Below, one piece after another: positions 44,062 to 56,699 of a stretch of DNA of 64,000 nucleotides (its first letter is position 1; every line of letters begins with the position of its first letter). The notes under the pieces were generated by a model. That model ran no database searches. It saw only the letters and a program-made list of their open reading frames with translations, and was not told where the DNA came from. Both the position numbers and the translations under genes were made by a program. This stretch comes from Octopus vulgaris (Eukaryota). Where the stretch lies: contig OX597822.1 of NCBI GenBank assembly GCA_951406725.2, positions 46,376,001 to 46,440,000 of the forward strand, in the 5' to 3' direction.

Positions 44062-44518
44062 AAATTTAAATGTTGAAGTCAATCTAACGGTTTTTGTGTG
44101 TTTCTTAAATGGATCATAAACATCTTCTACTCTACAATTGTTTATTCATATTAATAATCTAATAAAACCGTACTCTATCACCATTAGAAATGTATTTGTA
44201 GAAAACTTCATTAAAAAAACATCCATTTTTGTGAAAGCTATGAGGAAACAAAGTCGTAGAGGAGGAACATTTGTGTAGATATATCCTTCTTGTATCTGGC
44301 GCTTTTACTGTTCAGTTTCCCGGTTTTTTATATATATATATATATATATTGTGTGCATGCGTTTTATTCTGTGTATTATGCATGCAGTTTTGGCTGTGAT
44401 TGCAGTCTTTAATTGATAATTTTGTTACTGATGTCTGTCCCCCCTTTCACCTTTTCTTTGCCAGTTGAAGAGCACCTGAGCCCTGCATACAACCAGCTCG
44501 TTATTATTTACTTTAATG

Positions 44519-44774
44519 TAATGGTTCTCAATCGAGGTCCATGTCAACCTTCGGTTTCTATATAAGATTTTGATGTTAACTTTTATCTGCAATAAATAGA
44601 TTATATTTCTACAATACATAAAATGTTTTAACATTTTTTATGTGCAGTTCCTAATGATATTTAACTATAAAACTTTAATAGGATTTTTTAAAACATCGAA
44701 TTGCTAGAAGGTATCCATCTGAGTAAAATAAGAATGAAAGGAGTCCAAGGCCAAAAAATGGTTAATAACCACTG
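44519..44774. mobile_element. Older hAT MITE
   Basis: Decayed TIRs TAATGGTTCTCAAT / GTTAATAACCACTG. TSD CTTTAATG/CTTTAAGG. Confidence 0.6.
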
Positions 44775-45529
44775 CTTTAAGGTGTCGCTTAAACAAGAAA
44801 AATTAGAGTTGTCTCCCTTACCCATATTTCTACTCAAAAATTTCATGGATCAACCTTCCTCATTCAACTGTTAAGTAATAATTTATGACCGTCAGTCATC
44901 ATAGATATTAGTTTCGCTTCATATCTCATATTTAACAATTGTTGTTATTGTTTCTACTCATGTGTATGATCAAAGGTATTCCAGCTAAGACTTATCCTGT
45001 CCCTATTTTTTTTCTTTGATGAGAGTAACTAACAAGAAATGTTGGGTTGTTCGTTTTCCTTTACTTTTTTTTTTCCTCTACTTATCTTTCTGTCATGTGT
45101 CTCAAAAGGTAAAATTGACTCAGGTTTCAAAAACGATAAACAAACGTTGTAGAGGAAGATTAGAGCTTCAAAAACAAACAAAAAAATCATGAAACACTAC
45201 AATAAAAATATTTTTTGTGTTTATTCAAATAAAATTGGAAAGGATTAAAAATAATAGGAGAAAGAAAAACGAACGAATTTCTCTGACTACCTAGTAATTC
45301 TCTAAAGCCTTTATTCGTTGGAAAGGCGTGGTTCTGAAGGAGACTTGGCTGCTATTTTTAACAGCTTGAGTGACAAAATAAAGGCTGCCTCGTTGACTGT
45401 AAGTCTTAACAGATTTAAGCTTTAACAATAATACTAAGTTATTAAGTTTTTAGATTAAAATGTCCTCTCCCATAATTTGTTGTTGACGCTTAACTCTAGG
45501 TTGGTTGCGATCGAGTATACCCATGACAA

Positions 45530-46270
45530 AAAGAAGTTCCAAACCACATGGTTCCAGGTTCAGTCGCATTGCGTAGCACCTCGGGCAAATGTCTTTTTTT
45601 ATAGCCTCGGGCCAACAAAATCCTTGTGAGTAGATTTGATTGTCGGAAACTACAAGAAGCCTGTTGTGTGTGTGTGTGTGTATGTGTGTGTGTTTCTACG
45701 TTTGACCCCTCCCCCATCGCTTGACAAACGGGTTAGTTTGTTTATGTCCCTGTAACTTGGTGGTTTGGCAAAAGACACCGATAGAATAAGTACCAGGCTT
45801 GGAAAAATGTACTGGCAAAAAAAAAATAAATAAATAAAATAAAAAAATTTTTGAAGCCAGAGCTCCACCATGGCCACAGGCTAATCGCTGAAACAAGTAA
45901 AAGATACAAGACATTTTTTTTAAATGACCATAGGTGCAGGAGTGGCTGTGTGGTAAGAAACTTGTTTCCCAAACACACAGTTCCGGGTTCAGATCCACTG
46001 CATGGCACCTTGGGCAAATGTCTTCTGCCAACAAAAGCCTTGTGAAAAGAAGCCTGTCATATATATATACGTATGTGTGTGTTGTCCTCCTCCCATCACT
46101 TGACAACTGATGTTGGTCTGTTTACATCCCCATAACTTAGCAGTTCAGCAAAAGCAACTGATAGATTAAGTATTAGGCTTACAAAGAATAAGTCCTGGAA
46201 TCGATTTCTTCAACTAAAAGGTGGTGCTCCAGCATGGCCGCAGTCAAATGGCTGAAACAAATAAAAGAAT
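45530..46270 (+). mobile_element. Two tandem SINE family 2 copies
   Basis: Two heads and bodies, each ending in ..gctgaaacaa(g/a)taaaaga. Confidence 0.75.
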
Positions 46271-46431
46271 CACGTTATTTGTATTTATTTATCTATTTTG
46301 CAGCATGGTGCATCTAGGAATACATTACTCAGTGTCTGCTCAGTTTTTTTCTTAAATAGTACATAGTTATTTAAGGGAGATTTGGCTGCTATTTCTTATT
46401 GGACCAGTGGTAGTTGTTGTTGTTGCTGTTT

Positions 46432-46469
<38 letters not shown>

Positions 46470-46622
46470 ATTTTTGTGTGTGGTGGTGCTGCTGTTTTGA
46501 CTAAGGTCACCCTTGATCCACCAGCCATGTTCCATCTCATCACATTTTTTTTCAGAAATGGTTTAATCAAAGATTGCATTATCAAACATGTTCTTCAATA
46601 TACATATATATATATATAAATA

Positions 46623-46655
<33 letters not shown>

Positions 46656-46949
46656 GTGTCATTATCATCATTTAACATCCGTTGTCCATGTTGGCAAGGG
46701 TTGGACAGTTTGATTAGGCTGACAAGCTGAAAGGCTGCACTAGACTCGATGTGTCTAATTTGTTTATCCCCATAATTCCTTCTATACCTGCTCAACCTGA
46801 TCCCTCTTATAGCCTTTCTTTACCTTGTGGAATGATCCCCTGTAAAGACATCAGAGTCAAAGTTGGAATCTTTTGAGAACTGTTAAGTGTCTTCTATGTA
46901 CAGAACATCTGGATCTTACCTGTGAGCTGTATATGTATGCATAGGTAAC

Positions 46950-47600
46950 CTGTGGCCTATGCTGGTGGGTGTAACCAGCCTACTTATGAATACCCCTTAT
47001 TCATTGGACAATAAACTTTGTTTGCGAAGTCCTGTTGAGGCAAGTGAAATCAAAATCAAAATCCCTGACATGGCCGATGACAGTACCGCCTGATTGGCAC
47101 TTGTGCCAGTGGAATATTAAAGGCACCATCCAAGTTTGATTGTTGCCAGGGCCACCAATTGGCTCCCATGCCAGTGGCACATAAAAATCACCATTCGAGC
47201 ATGATCATTGCCAGGGCTGCTGATTGGCTCCCATGCCAGTGGCATGTAAAAAGTACCATTCAAGCATGATTGTTGCCAGCGTCGCCTGACTGGCACATGT
47301 GCCAGTGACATGTGAAAAACAACATTTGACCGTGGTCGTTGTCAGTGCTGCCAGACTGGCTCCTGTGCAGGTGGCATGTGAATAATAACTTTTAAGCGTG
47401 ATCTTTGCCAGAACCACCTGACTGGCATCCACTACACTCTCGGAGTGGTTAGCGTTAGTAAGGGCATCTAGCTGTAGAAATTCTGCCAGGTCAGATTGGA
47501 GCTTGGTGCAGCCTTCTGGCTCACCAGTCCTCAGTCAAACTAGCCAACCCATACCAGCATGGAAAGTGGATGTCAAACAGCAACGATGATGATGATGATG
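46950..47600 (+). mobile_element. RTE 3' UTR with ~66-bp internal repeats
   Basis: Repeated tgccagtggca units, then the RTE terminus and (GAT)n. Confidence 0.75.
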
Positions 47601-48400
47601 AGGTGCATTCCAGAAGGTCTGAAACATTTTCAGGGGAGATATTTATATATTTATTAATTTCAAAGAAGTCCAAATCTCTAATCTTCTTCAAAGTAAAATC
47701 CTCTGACTTCAATGTACCTATTGTAGCACTCCAACCACTCCATGAAGGCTCCACGGAAGTCCTCCAAAGCAAAAGAGTCCAGGGTCCTTGTCACAGCCTT
47801 CCTCATTTCCTCAATGTCTTCAAAACTACTGCCCCTGGGATTCACATTCAGCTTGGGAACAACCAAAAGTCAAGATTTCGACTAGGGGTGGGCAACAGTT
47901 TTGAGCCTATCTCTCTCAAGTAGTTGTTTATTAGGATGGAATTATGGATTGGTGCATTGTCTTGGTGCAGGTGTCGCCAACCCAAATGAAGTAGCTCTGG
48001 TGTTTTACGATAACATTTTTCCTGAACTCTCTCAAATCCTTCACAATGTACTCATTGTTGACCATCTGGCCAGAGGGAACCCAGCGGATGTAGATGATGT
48101 CCTTGATGTCATGAAAGGGGACCATCATGACCTTCCTGGTGAACTTGCTCCTGCTGGCCTACTTGGGTCTAGGAGAGCCAGAATGTTTACATTGGGCACT
48201 CTGTTTCGTTGTCTCTGAATCACAACAGTAGATTCAGCTTTCATCACAGGTAACCAGATACTCAAGTACTATTGGATTGGAAATAATGAGCTCAAGCATC
48301 TCCCAGTTGTCACCAACATTTCTTTCCTTCTCTTCGTCACTGATCACTCAGGGAACCAACTTTGCACAAATCTTGTGCATGTTCAGATTCTTGCAAGTTT
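47598..48400 (-). mobile_element. mariner transposase relic
   Basis: ORF pieces WVPSGQMVNNEY and FEDIEEMRKAVT..WLECYNRYIEVRGFYFE. Confidence 0.65.
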
Positions 48401-48543
48401 AGTATATCATTACTGCACATCTAATAAGCTAACCTGCCAACTTTTTCTTATTCTAAATTGAATAATTGGAGATTGCTGTAACAGTACTATGAACACACTC
48501 TGCTAATCATTGCTTGTCACAGCTGACTAGTTTACAGAATGTA

Positions 48544-49678
48544 TGAGGGTCATCTGAAAAGTTCATAGGCTGACAATGATACTCTCATGAAATGTGACCA
48601 AACAAGCTTTGTTTTTCAACATTGTCCCCTTTGCAGACCACATACTTTTTCCAATGGTGTAGAAGCTTTTCTCCTCTTAGTGAAAAAAGTCAACAGCAAA
48701 TATGACATCATTTTCACTGCAATACTGGTACCCAGCCAAGTGTTTTTTCAAGTTGGGGAACAGACGATAGTCAGATGGGGCCAAATCAGAACAGAGAGGC
48801 TGATCAACCAAGACAGTTCAGACCCACAGTCACATACAGCAGCCATTGAAACTGAGGATTTGTGTGCTGGAGCATTGTACTGATGAAACAAGACCCCTTT
48901 TGTCAGTTTCTGTAGGTGTTTAGTCTTGATAGCCTTTCATAACTGCCCAAGCAAGTTGGTATAATACTCTCCTCTGATGTCTTTTGCATCCCAAAACTGA
49001 GGCCATCAGTTTCCCTGCAGATGAAACGAACTTGGTCTTCTTTGGAGAAAGTAAGGAGTGTTTCCATTGCATGGATTGTCTCTTTGTCTCTGGCTCAAAG
49101 TGATGAACCCATCCCTCATCCTGGCTTAGGAGATGGTCAAGCAAACCAACTGGGACTATCTCAAGCAAAGTCAGGTTTTCTTTATGATGTGATCAGTTTG
49201 GTGCACTTTTGATCAGATTTCAGGAGATATGGCACCCACCAATCAGAAACATCATGCTAGTTTTATTGTGCAGAATATTCTCAACTCTCTCACAGGATAT
49301 GTAAACAGCATCCACACCTTGGGCTATCTTCAAGACTCTCCATTTCCCTCCAAAATTCAGCTACCCATGTTTGCATCATTGATAAAATTGGAGAGTCCAT
49401 TCCCTAATGTAGCAACCATGTCAGCATGAATGTTCTTGGTGGGGGCTAAATCCTTATTCTGCAGGTATTTGATAGCACCATGGCCAAATTTTATCCATTT
49501 TGAAGAGAAGTTGTCACTAGTTACATTTGAAGTCTTCCTTGAACATTCAGATGTCAGTTTACCTGGAAAGAAGCAATGCAGCTATTAAAAAGACGAGGTG
49601 AAATTAATATGTGCAAGATTTCACAGCTCTAGCATCACTCCTTCATTGTCAGCCTCTGAACTTTTCAGCTCACCCACT
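48544..49678 (-). mobile_element. mariner element with both TIRs and TA TSD, transposase decayed
   Basis: ~36-bp TIRs (..ctgaaaagttca(t/g)aggctgacaatga) flanked by TA. DEGWVHHFEPETKRQSMQWKH motif. Confidence 0.8.
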
Positions 49679-49821
49679 TACATAGTGTTCAGGTCTTTCT
49701 CTAGTTTTGCTTTATCATTTAGGTTCTTGACTACTTGGGATATTTATGTATCATTGGCAGAATTGGTGAGAATGGCTGATGGTATGACTAAAGTCATGTC
49801 TGAGAAGATCATACACACATC

Positions 49822-49855
<34 letters not shown>

Positions 49856-52252
49856 TGTGTGTGTGTGTGTATGCGAGCATGCATATGTGTGTGTGCATGT
49901 GTGTATGCATGTGTGCTTGTGTGTGTGCATGTGCATGCATGCATGTGTGCGTGCGTGTGTGTAAGCCCTATATACTTATTCTAATAACTTCTTTCCACAA
50001 AACTGCTGCTCTCTGGAACTCACTTTCACCCATCTTGCTTTCCTCTGATCTATAATATCCAGTCCTTTCTCTCAATCAACATGTCTTTAAATTTGTAGAC
50101 CACCTCTTTTCCTTCTTCACAGTTCTTTATGTTACAAAGGCCTCAAGCTTTGGGACAAAATTATTTAAAAACAATTTATCAAATATATATTTAATTCATA
50201 TATTTCTTATTTATCATCAATCATCCATAGATGAATCTATAACATCTGCATATCATAATTTTTGTTGTGCAAAATAGTACCAGCTGGATACAAGTCCTCA
50301 CTGAATGGGTTTTATTTAAGAGATTTCCTTCTCTTAGATGGATTGTCTTTGCTATGACTGGTGAGCCACCATCTACCCTTGACTACATTGGATGACTGTT
50401 GTCTCCCATGAGTTACTCTACCCTAACCCTGCAGGGTGTTCAAAAATTCCCTTCCTCACCAATCCCTCCTTGGTGAGATTACCAGTTTAGTGGCCAACAG
50501 CCTGACCATACAACATGTTGTACCAGGTTACATCTTATCAGTAGTAAGATGCAAGTGTTTGGCCCAAGGCTATAGTAGAAGACACTTGCCCAAGGTGCCA
50601 CAGAGTGGGATTGAACCTGGAAACCTGGAACCATGTGATTGGTAAGCAAACTACTTACCGCACAGCCACTCCTATGCCTATATATTATTTAATAAATTGT
50701 ATGGTACACATCTGGTAGTTTGCTGGTCTTGCTCACTGGCTCAGTGGTCATTGGGCATGTAATTAGGGACAGAAGATAGAATATTCTATTTTCTATCTCT
50801 CATTAATTATATACACATACCTGGTGATTTACTGTGCTTGAGAAGACACATCAAGCTAAGTAAAGTCTTGACCATGCATCCAAACAGGCCTTGCCCCCAC
50901 CCTCATAATCTGTTCTCTGTCAAAACTCCCCACAACCTATCTTTCCAACACCTCCCATCTAACCAGCCATGATCACAACCTACTCCTGGCCCCACCTCTC
51001 TCCCTCACATGCCTACTTGCATGCTCTCCATGCCCTCACATAGCTTCCATATTCCCCTCCCAGCCACTCCAATTCCTCTCACCATCATTTGCTACTGTCA
51101 CTTCTTCTCCATCTCTAAACATCTACCCTCTCACACTCTCAGGGAACATTCCCTTCTATCCTCTCTGTACCACTTACGCTCCCACCCATTATTCCATCAT
51201 CTATTTCTCTTTCTCACACACACTTATTGTCTCTCTATCTTTCTCTCTAACTCTATCTCTCCTTTCCTACCTATTTCTATCCCTCTCTGATAATTTTACC
51301 TTGTTGCTGGTTCAAAGCCACCTCCCTTGTTTCCACTCCCTCTCCTAGCTACAAGGTCTTTGTCTTCAATTTACCCTGCTGGTGTTGGTACCACATAAAA
51401 AGAACTGGTGCTGATGCCACATAAAATGTACCTAATATACTCTGTAAAGTGTTTGGTATTAGGTGGGGTATCCAGCTGTAGAAATCATGCAAAACAGACA
51501 ATGGGACCTGCTGCAAGTCTCTGGCTTGCCTAGCTCCTTGTAAACCATCCAACTCACAACAGATGTTAAATGATAACGAAGATGATGAAGATGATATATA
51601 TGTTGATTAATTAATAAATTAATTTGTATCCATTGGATCTCTGTTTTCTAACCCAATAAAAATGTTTGATATCTTATGATATTCTATATAATATATTCAT
51701 TGAAGGATTACCTCTTCAAAATTTAATATAATAAACCAGTTTATTACACACATGTGAGTGAGAACACTTTGAGATATTTTTGGTATCTAACATATATCAG
51801 ATACTGCGAGCGCTGCTTCTGATTGGTCAATCCATGGTGATGACCCGAGGTCACGGTGACGGCACTACTTTTGTCATTCATAAGTTACAACTAAACTTCA
51901 TTCATTACTTTCACGAGCAGGTAGAATGTAGCCATGTAATTAAACAAACATACTATCTTTTTTATACCAGATATCACTTAAAGTCAAAGATTCAATCTGT
52001 GTTATGTATTTCTTGAACATGAACTTGAATGTTAACAAAATGTTAAATAGTCATCAGTTATCAGTCATTTCACCTGAAAACTTAGCGCTATAAAGTCGGA
52101 CTATCTTCCTGCGGCGTGACATCTTTTACAGTTACACATTGTGACGTCACTGACGTGAAATCAAGCTGTATTCATGCGCACTTCAACACGATGTGAAGAA
52201 TTTAATTATTGGGTTAATAAAATATGGTCATTTATTCGTGTGTAATAAATAA

Positions 52253-52396
52253 AATACCAAACTCATTCCCTATGGATACCGTATTTATTACAACTCGTGG
52301 CTTGTAAATGTATCTAACGAGCGAAAGCTCATTAGATACATTTACAAGCCACTCGTTGTAATAAATACGGTATCCATAGGGAACTCGTTTGGTATT
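52253..52396. repeat. 144-bp hairpin with GAAA loop
   Basis: 70-bp arms pair except for two TC/TC internal loops and two single A.C mismatches. Confidence 0.9.
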
Positions 52397-52450
52397 CTCT
52401 ATGTATCTTGGATAAATATCCCTATAAGAAGTTTGAATATTCTCATTGTG

Positions 52451-52492
<42 letters not shown>

Positions 52493-52656
52493 GAGAGAGA
52501 GAGGGGTTATGGGAGGTAATGGTGTCAATAAGACCCAAAGGTGTCAGCTAATGCTGAGTAAGTGCTATGGACAGACTATAGTTAAGCTCCAGGTTCAGTG
52601 ATTATGCAAATTAGGAGTCCAACGTAGGTCATATATCAGCATGTGTATATACAAAA

Positions 52657-52963
52657 AATTTCAGAATGAGATAAAAATCCAAGGCTATGAAAGATTTCAG
52701 AACATTTATAAATAGAAGGTCTTACAGCTGTTTCTGGGATATTCTATATATCCTTACATCAGAGACAGTGTGAGAAAATGGTTAAGCAATAGTTATTTTA
52801 GATAAGAAATGGAGAGTGAAGTGGAACTATTGCTTAAGCATTTTCTCCCACCATCTCCAATGAAGGGATATATAAAATATCCCGGAAACAGCTGTAAGAC
52901 CTTCTATTTATAAATTTTCTAAAATCTTTCACAGCCTTGGATTTTTATCTCATTCTGAAAATT
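52657..52963. mobile_element. Inverted Penelope pseudo-LTR pair, each arm with a degenerate hammerhead
   Basis: ~138-bp arms with a ~30-bp spacer. Consensus gtct-CTGATGA-agggatat..atatcccr-GAAA-cagctg-TA-agac. Confidence 0.65.
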
Positions 52964-52969
52964 TATATA

Positions 52970-53430
52970 TCTATTATATATAATCTGTTCTGTCTGTCTG
53001 TGTGTATGTCTTCTCCATCCGATTATGCTCAAATTTGATATGTAGATACCAACGGTATCAAGGCGTGTATAAGTCTTGAAAAAATTACAAAAATCGATTC
53101 TAGGTGAGAATGCGATCAATAAAACCGTTTTTGTCCTGCTTTTCTTCCGTCAACCTGTACATAACTGCACCTTCCATTTTCTGTTTTTGTACTGCTTAAA
53201 GCCACGTTTCTTTCCTGCCAAGCTTACTGTTTAAACCATATTTGTGTTCTCCCAGTCAACAGCCTTATCATTACTGGTACTTTAAACTCTTCGGTTGCAT
53301 ATTTGTGTGAATAAAATCGTTTTCTTTGGAATAGAAAAAAGTCTATCTTTATTTCTTCTTTTGCTGGTGTCTCAAATTTAGGTTAAATTAGTGTTTCTGA
53401 AAGGGGAGGCCTATGGGACGGTCAGACAAG
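52970..53430 (+). mobile_element. Possible non-autonomous Helitron
   Basis: Starts A|TCTATTATATATA..(TCTG)n and ends GC-rich ..CGGTCAGACAAG|T (imperfect CTRR). Confidence 0.35.
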
Positions 53431-53483
53431 TTGTTTTGAGAAAATTTGGTTTAAATGTTTGACAACTTGTCTGACCGTCCACA

Positions 53484-53518
<35 letters not shown>

Positions 53519-53519
53519 T

Positions 53520-54218
53520 CATCATCAATTAACTTCTGATTTTCATGCTGGCATGTCTTTGACAGTTTCACTGAGGACAGCAAGCCAGGAAGCTGCACCA
53601 GGCTCCAATCTGATCTGGCAAGGTTTCTACAGCTAGATACCTTTCCGAACATCAACCACTCCGAGAGTGTAGTAGGTGCTCTTTATGTGTGACCGGCATG
53701 GGAGCCAGTCAATCAGCCCGGGCATCAACCATTTTTGAATGGTGCTTTTTACATGTCACCAGCATGGGAGCCAGTTAAGCAGCACTAGCATCAGCCACAC
53801 TCGAATGGTGCTTTTTACATGTCACCGGCACTGACATTGGTCATGCTCGAATGGTGCTTTTTACATGCCATTAGCACGGGTGCCAGTCAGGCAGCACTGG
53901 CATCGGCCATGACAACAATTTCACTTAACTCATCAAGTCTTCTCAAGCACAGCATATTGCCTGGATGATTGGAGGGTACTTTTAAACGGGCCAGTTATGC
54001 AACACTGGCCATGGCTATGACCTCACTTGGCATGATAGGTCTTCTCAATCACACCATATCTCTAAATGTTTCAGTCTCCTGTCATTGCCTCTGTGAGGCC
54101 CAAAGTTCGAAGGTCATGTTTCATCACCTCATTCCATGTCTTCCTGGGTCTACCTCTTCCACAGGCTCCCTCCACTGTTAGGCTGTGACATTCCTTCACA
54201 CAGCTGTCCCCATCCATA
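53520..54218 (-). mobile_element. RTE 3' fragment
   Basis: RTE terminus, internal repeats and a GRPRKTW-coding segment. Confidence 0.8.
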
Positions 54219-56128
54219 CATGGTGGTGGTGGTGGTGGAAGTGGATGTGGAGGAAGAGCAAGAGGAGGAGTAAGCAGCAGGAGAAGAAAATTAGGTGGAG
54301 GAGGAGGAAGGAGGAGAAGAAAATGAGGAGGAGGAGGGGAGGAAGGAGAAGGAGAAGAAAAGGAGGAGGAGGAGGAGGAGGAGGAGAAGTGGAAGGAGAA
54401 GGAGAGGAAGGGGAGGAAGCAGAAGGAGAAGAAAATGAGGAGGAGGAGGTGGAGGAGGAAGTGGAATGAGAAGAAGAAGAAGAAGAAGAAGATGTTGATG
54501 ATGCAGTAGCAGCAGCAGCAGCAGCATAACCTGTCCTGCTATGCTAAGTATCTGACAGATTATCTGGAAGAGATATAAATAGAAAAGTCAAAAATAATTC
54601 AAATAAAACGCATTAATAAAATACAATAACAGCAAATAATAAACAAGAAAAAAAGAAAATGTAGTACTTTATTTGTGATGGAGGGATTTGTAAGTTTTGC
54701 TGTTGGTGTAACCAACAACACATCCGTTTGTCTGCCTAATCGTAGATGTGTGTGTTTGAATCATGTCGATAGGTCTGGTTTCCCTTTTTAGCCTTAAACT
54801 GGTCCTTATCTAAGTTTGCATCACTGAAATAACACTGTGCATGCATCCGTGTATGTGTGTGTGTGTGTGTGAAAGAGAGACAGAGAGAGACAGATAGACA
54901 GAGATTCTGGCCTTGACCATCAAAAATAATTTTATCTGCAGGTTATCACTTATACTTTTCTCAATAGACTCTGTGTGTGTGTGTGTGTGTTGGATGAGTC
55001 GATAGAGCATTGGAGTCAAACCTTGTGGTATTTGTTGTGACTCTCTCTTCTCTGAGATCTAATCCTGCCAAGGTCAACTTTGTCATTTGTCCTTTGGCGG
55101 TCAATAAACAAAGTACTATCCCTGGACCATGGATTGGTGGATCTGTAAGGGGATGTTAAACCAGATATCTTATGGTATTGAGTTTGAATTCCTTCCAGGT
55201 GCCTAAAAAATGTATCCTCTTAAACTGACAAGATGTGCATGATGACTAAGGTAGATCCTTGAAAGGGGAGCTAGTATGAAATGTAGAAAGCTGATACTAG
55301 GGGAGTCAAGAGAGAAAAGGTCCTTTGGGTGAAGAGATACATGCCCTGGTGGATGAATGAATGGTGTGCATGTGTGAGTGTGTGTGTGTGTGTGTGTGCG
55401 TGCATGTGTGTGTGTATGTGTGTGTGTTTGCGTGTGTGCATGTGTGAGATTGAATGAGTTTGTGTTCGAGATGTGTGTGTGTGTGTGTGTGTGTGTGACT
55501 GAATGAGTGTGTTGGATGTGTGTGTGTGTTTGTGTGTGCGTGTGTAAGTGTATGTATGTGTAAGTGTATGTATGAGTGCTTGTGTGTATGTGTTTGTCTT
55601 TATGCGTGTGTGTGTGTGTTTGTGTGTGTATGCCTGTATAAGTTATGGGTGTGATACATAGATATCAAATTATCTATATATTTTCATACTAAAAGACAAA
55701 AATATTTTCAAGCTATTTCCTTTTTCCACTGTATTATATGGAGAAAGAAGTTTTTAATGGAGATATTATGATATCACCGTCTACATTAGGGTGGCTGACA
55801 AGCCTGGTTGAGAAAGGAAGTAGGTGGAAGGCAGAGGATCAGTAGCCCTGCACAATCATATTTCCTCATTGCTACTGAATAACCAATAAAAGAACATACG
55901 AAACAGATCATGGTAAGGGGAGGTAAGTCCTCAGAGACTGCATATAAAGCAATATATTGAAAGCTGAAAATAAACCTTGATGTGGAATTCCTTCCTCTCA
56001 CCAAGGAAAACGTGGCACTAAAAAAACCATCAGGGAGAAGGCCCACAGAAACTGAAGTGCTGGCAGGCGGCTAAACCTGCTATACCAAAGATTGAGACAG
56101 ATGGATATCTCTTGCTAGTGCTCTAGAT

Positions 56129-56439
56129 CAGTAGTTCCCAAACTTTTTCGGATTGCCACCCCCTTGATACCCAGGCCACACTCCTACTGCACCCACCCCA
56201 ACTAACCAGCACAAACATTGACCTCTTTCTGAAATAAATTCAAAGCAACTGTATTACATAAATAAAACTTAACCTAATGAACCCATTATTTTGTTGTTTT
56301 TTACATGAATCGCTACCCCATTATCACCCCACATTTTGCATGTATTGCTACTCCATTATTACCCTATTTTTCTTCAACTTCCCCTTGGAACTTTCCACCC
56401 CACCCCTGGGGGCAATACTGCCCACTTTGGGAACCACTG
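56129..56439. mobile_element. hAT (Charlie-type) MITE
   Basis: TIRs CAGTAGTTCCCAAA / TTTGGGAACCACTG with a perfect TSD CTCTAGAT. Confidence 0.85.
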
Positions 56440-56699
56440 CTCTAGATTACACATGGACTTAACTGTTTAACATTTAAACCAGCTATATCCGGTCCAAATA
56501 TTCTATTTGTTTTATGTTTGAACAAGCCAGTTCTGACTTCTCACACCTACTCTACAATGTCATTCTAAAAATACACAATCACATCATTGAAATTTCAAAG
56601 TTGCAAGATGATACAGGATTAATCTGAAACAATGTGAATAAATAATTTTTACATTTGACAAAATAATCTGAATACTAAACGGCTGAAAGGAATTAAAAC

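Noticed and set aside
44425-44510. Strong-looking splice acceptor followed by an exon
   Set aside because: The downstream gcacctgagccctgcatacaa matches the LINE 3' tail seen at ~5340 and ~39785, and there is no good donor.
54185-54527. Basic/acidic protein ORF
   Set aside because: A (GAG/GAA)n purine microsatellite adjoining an RTE fragment.
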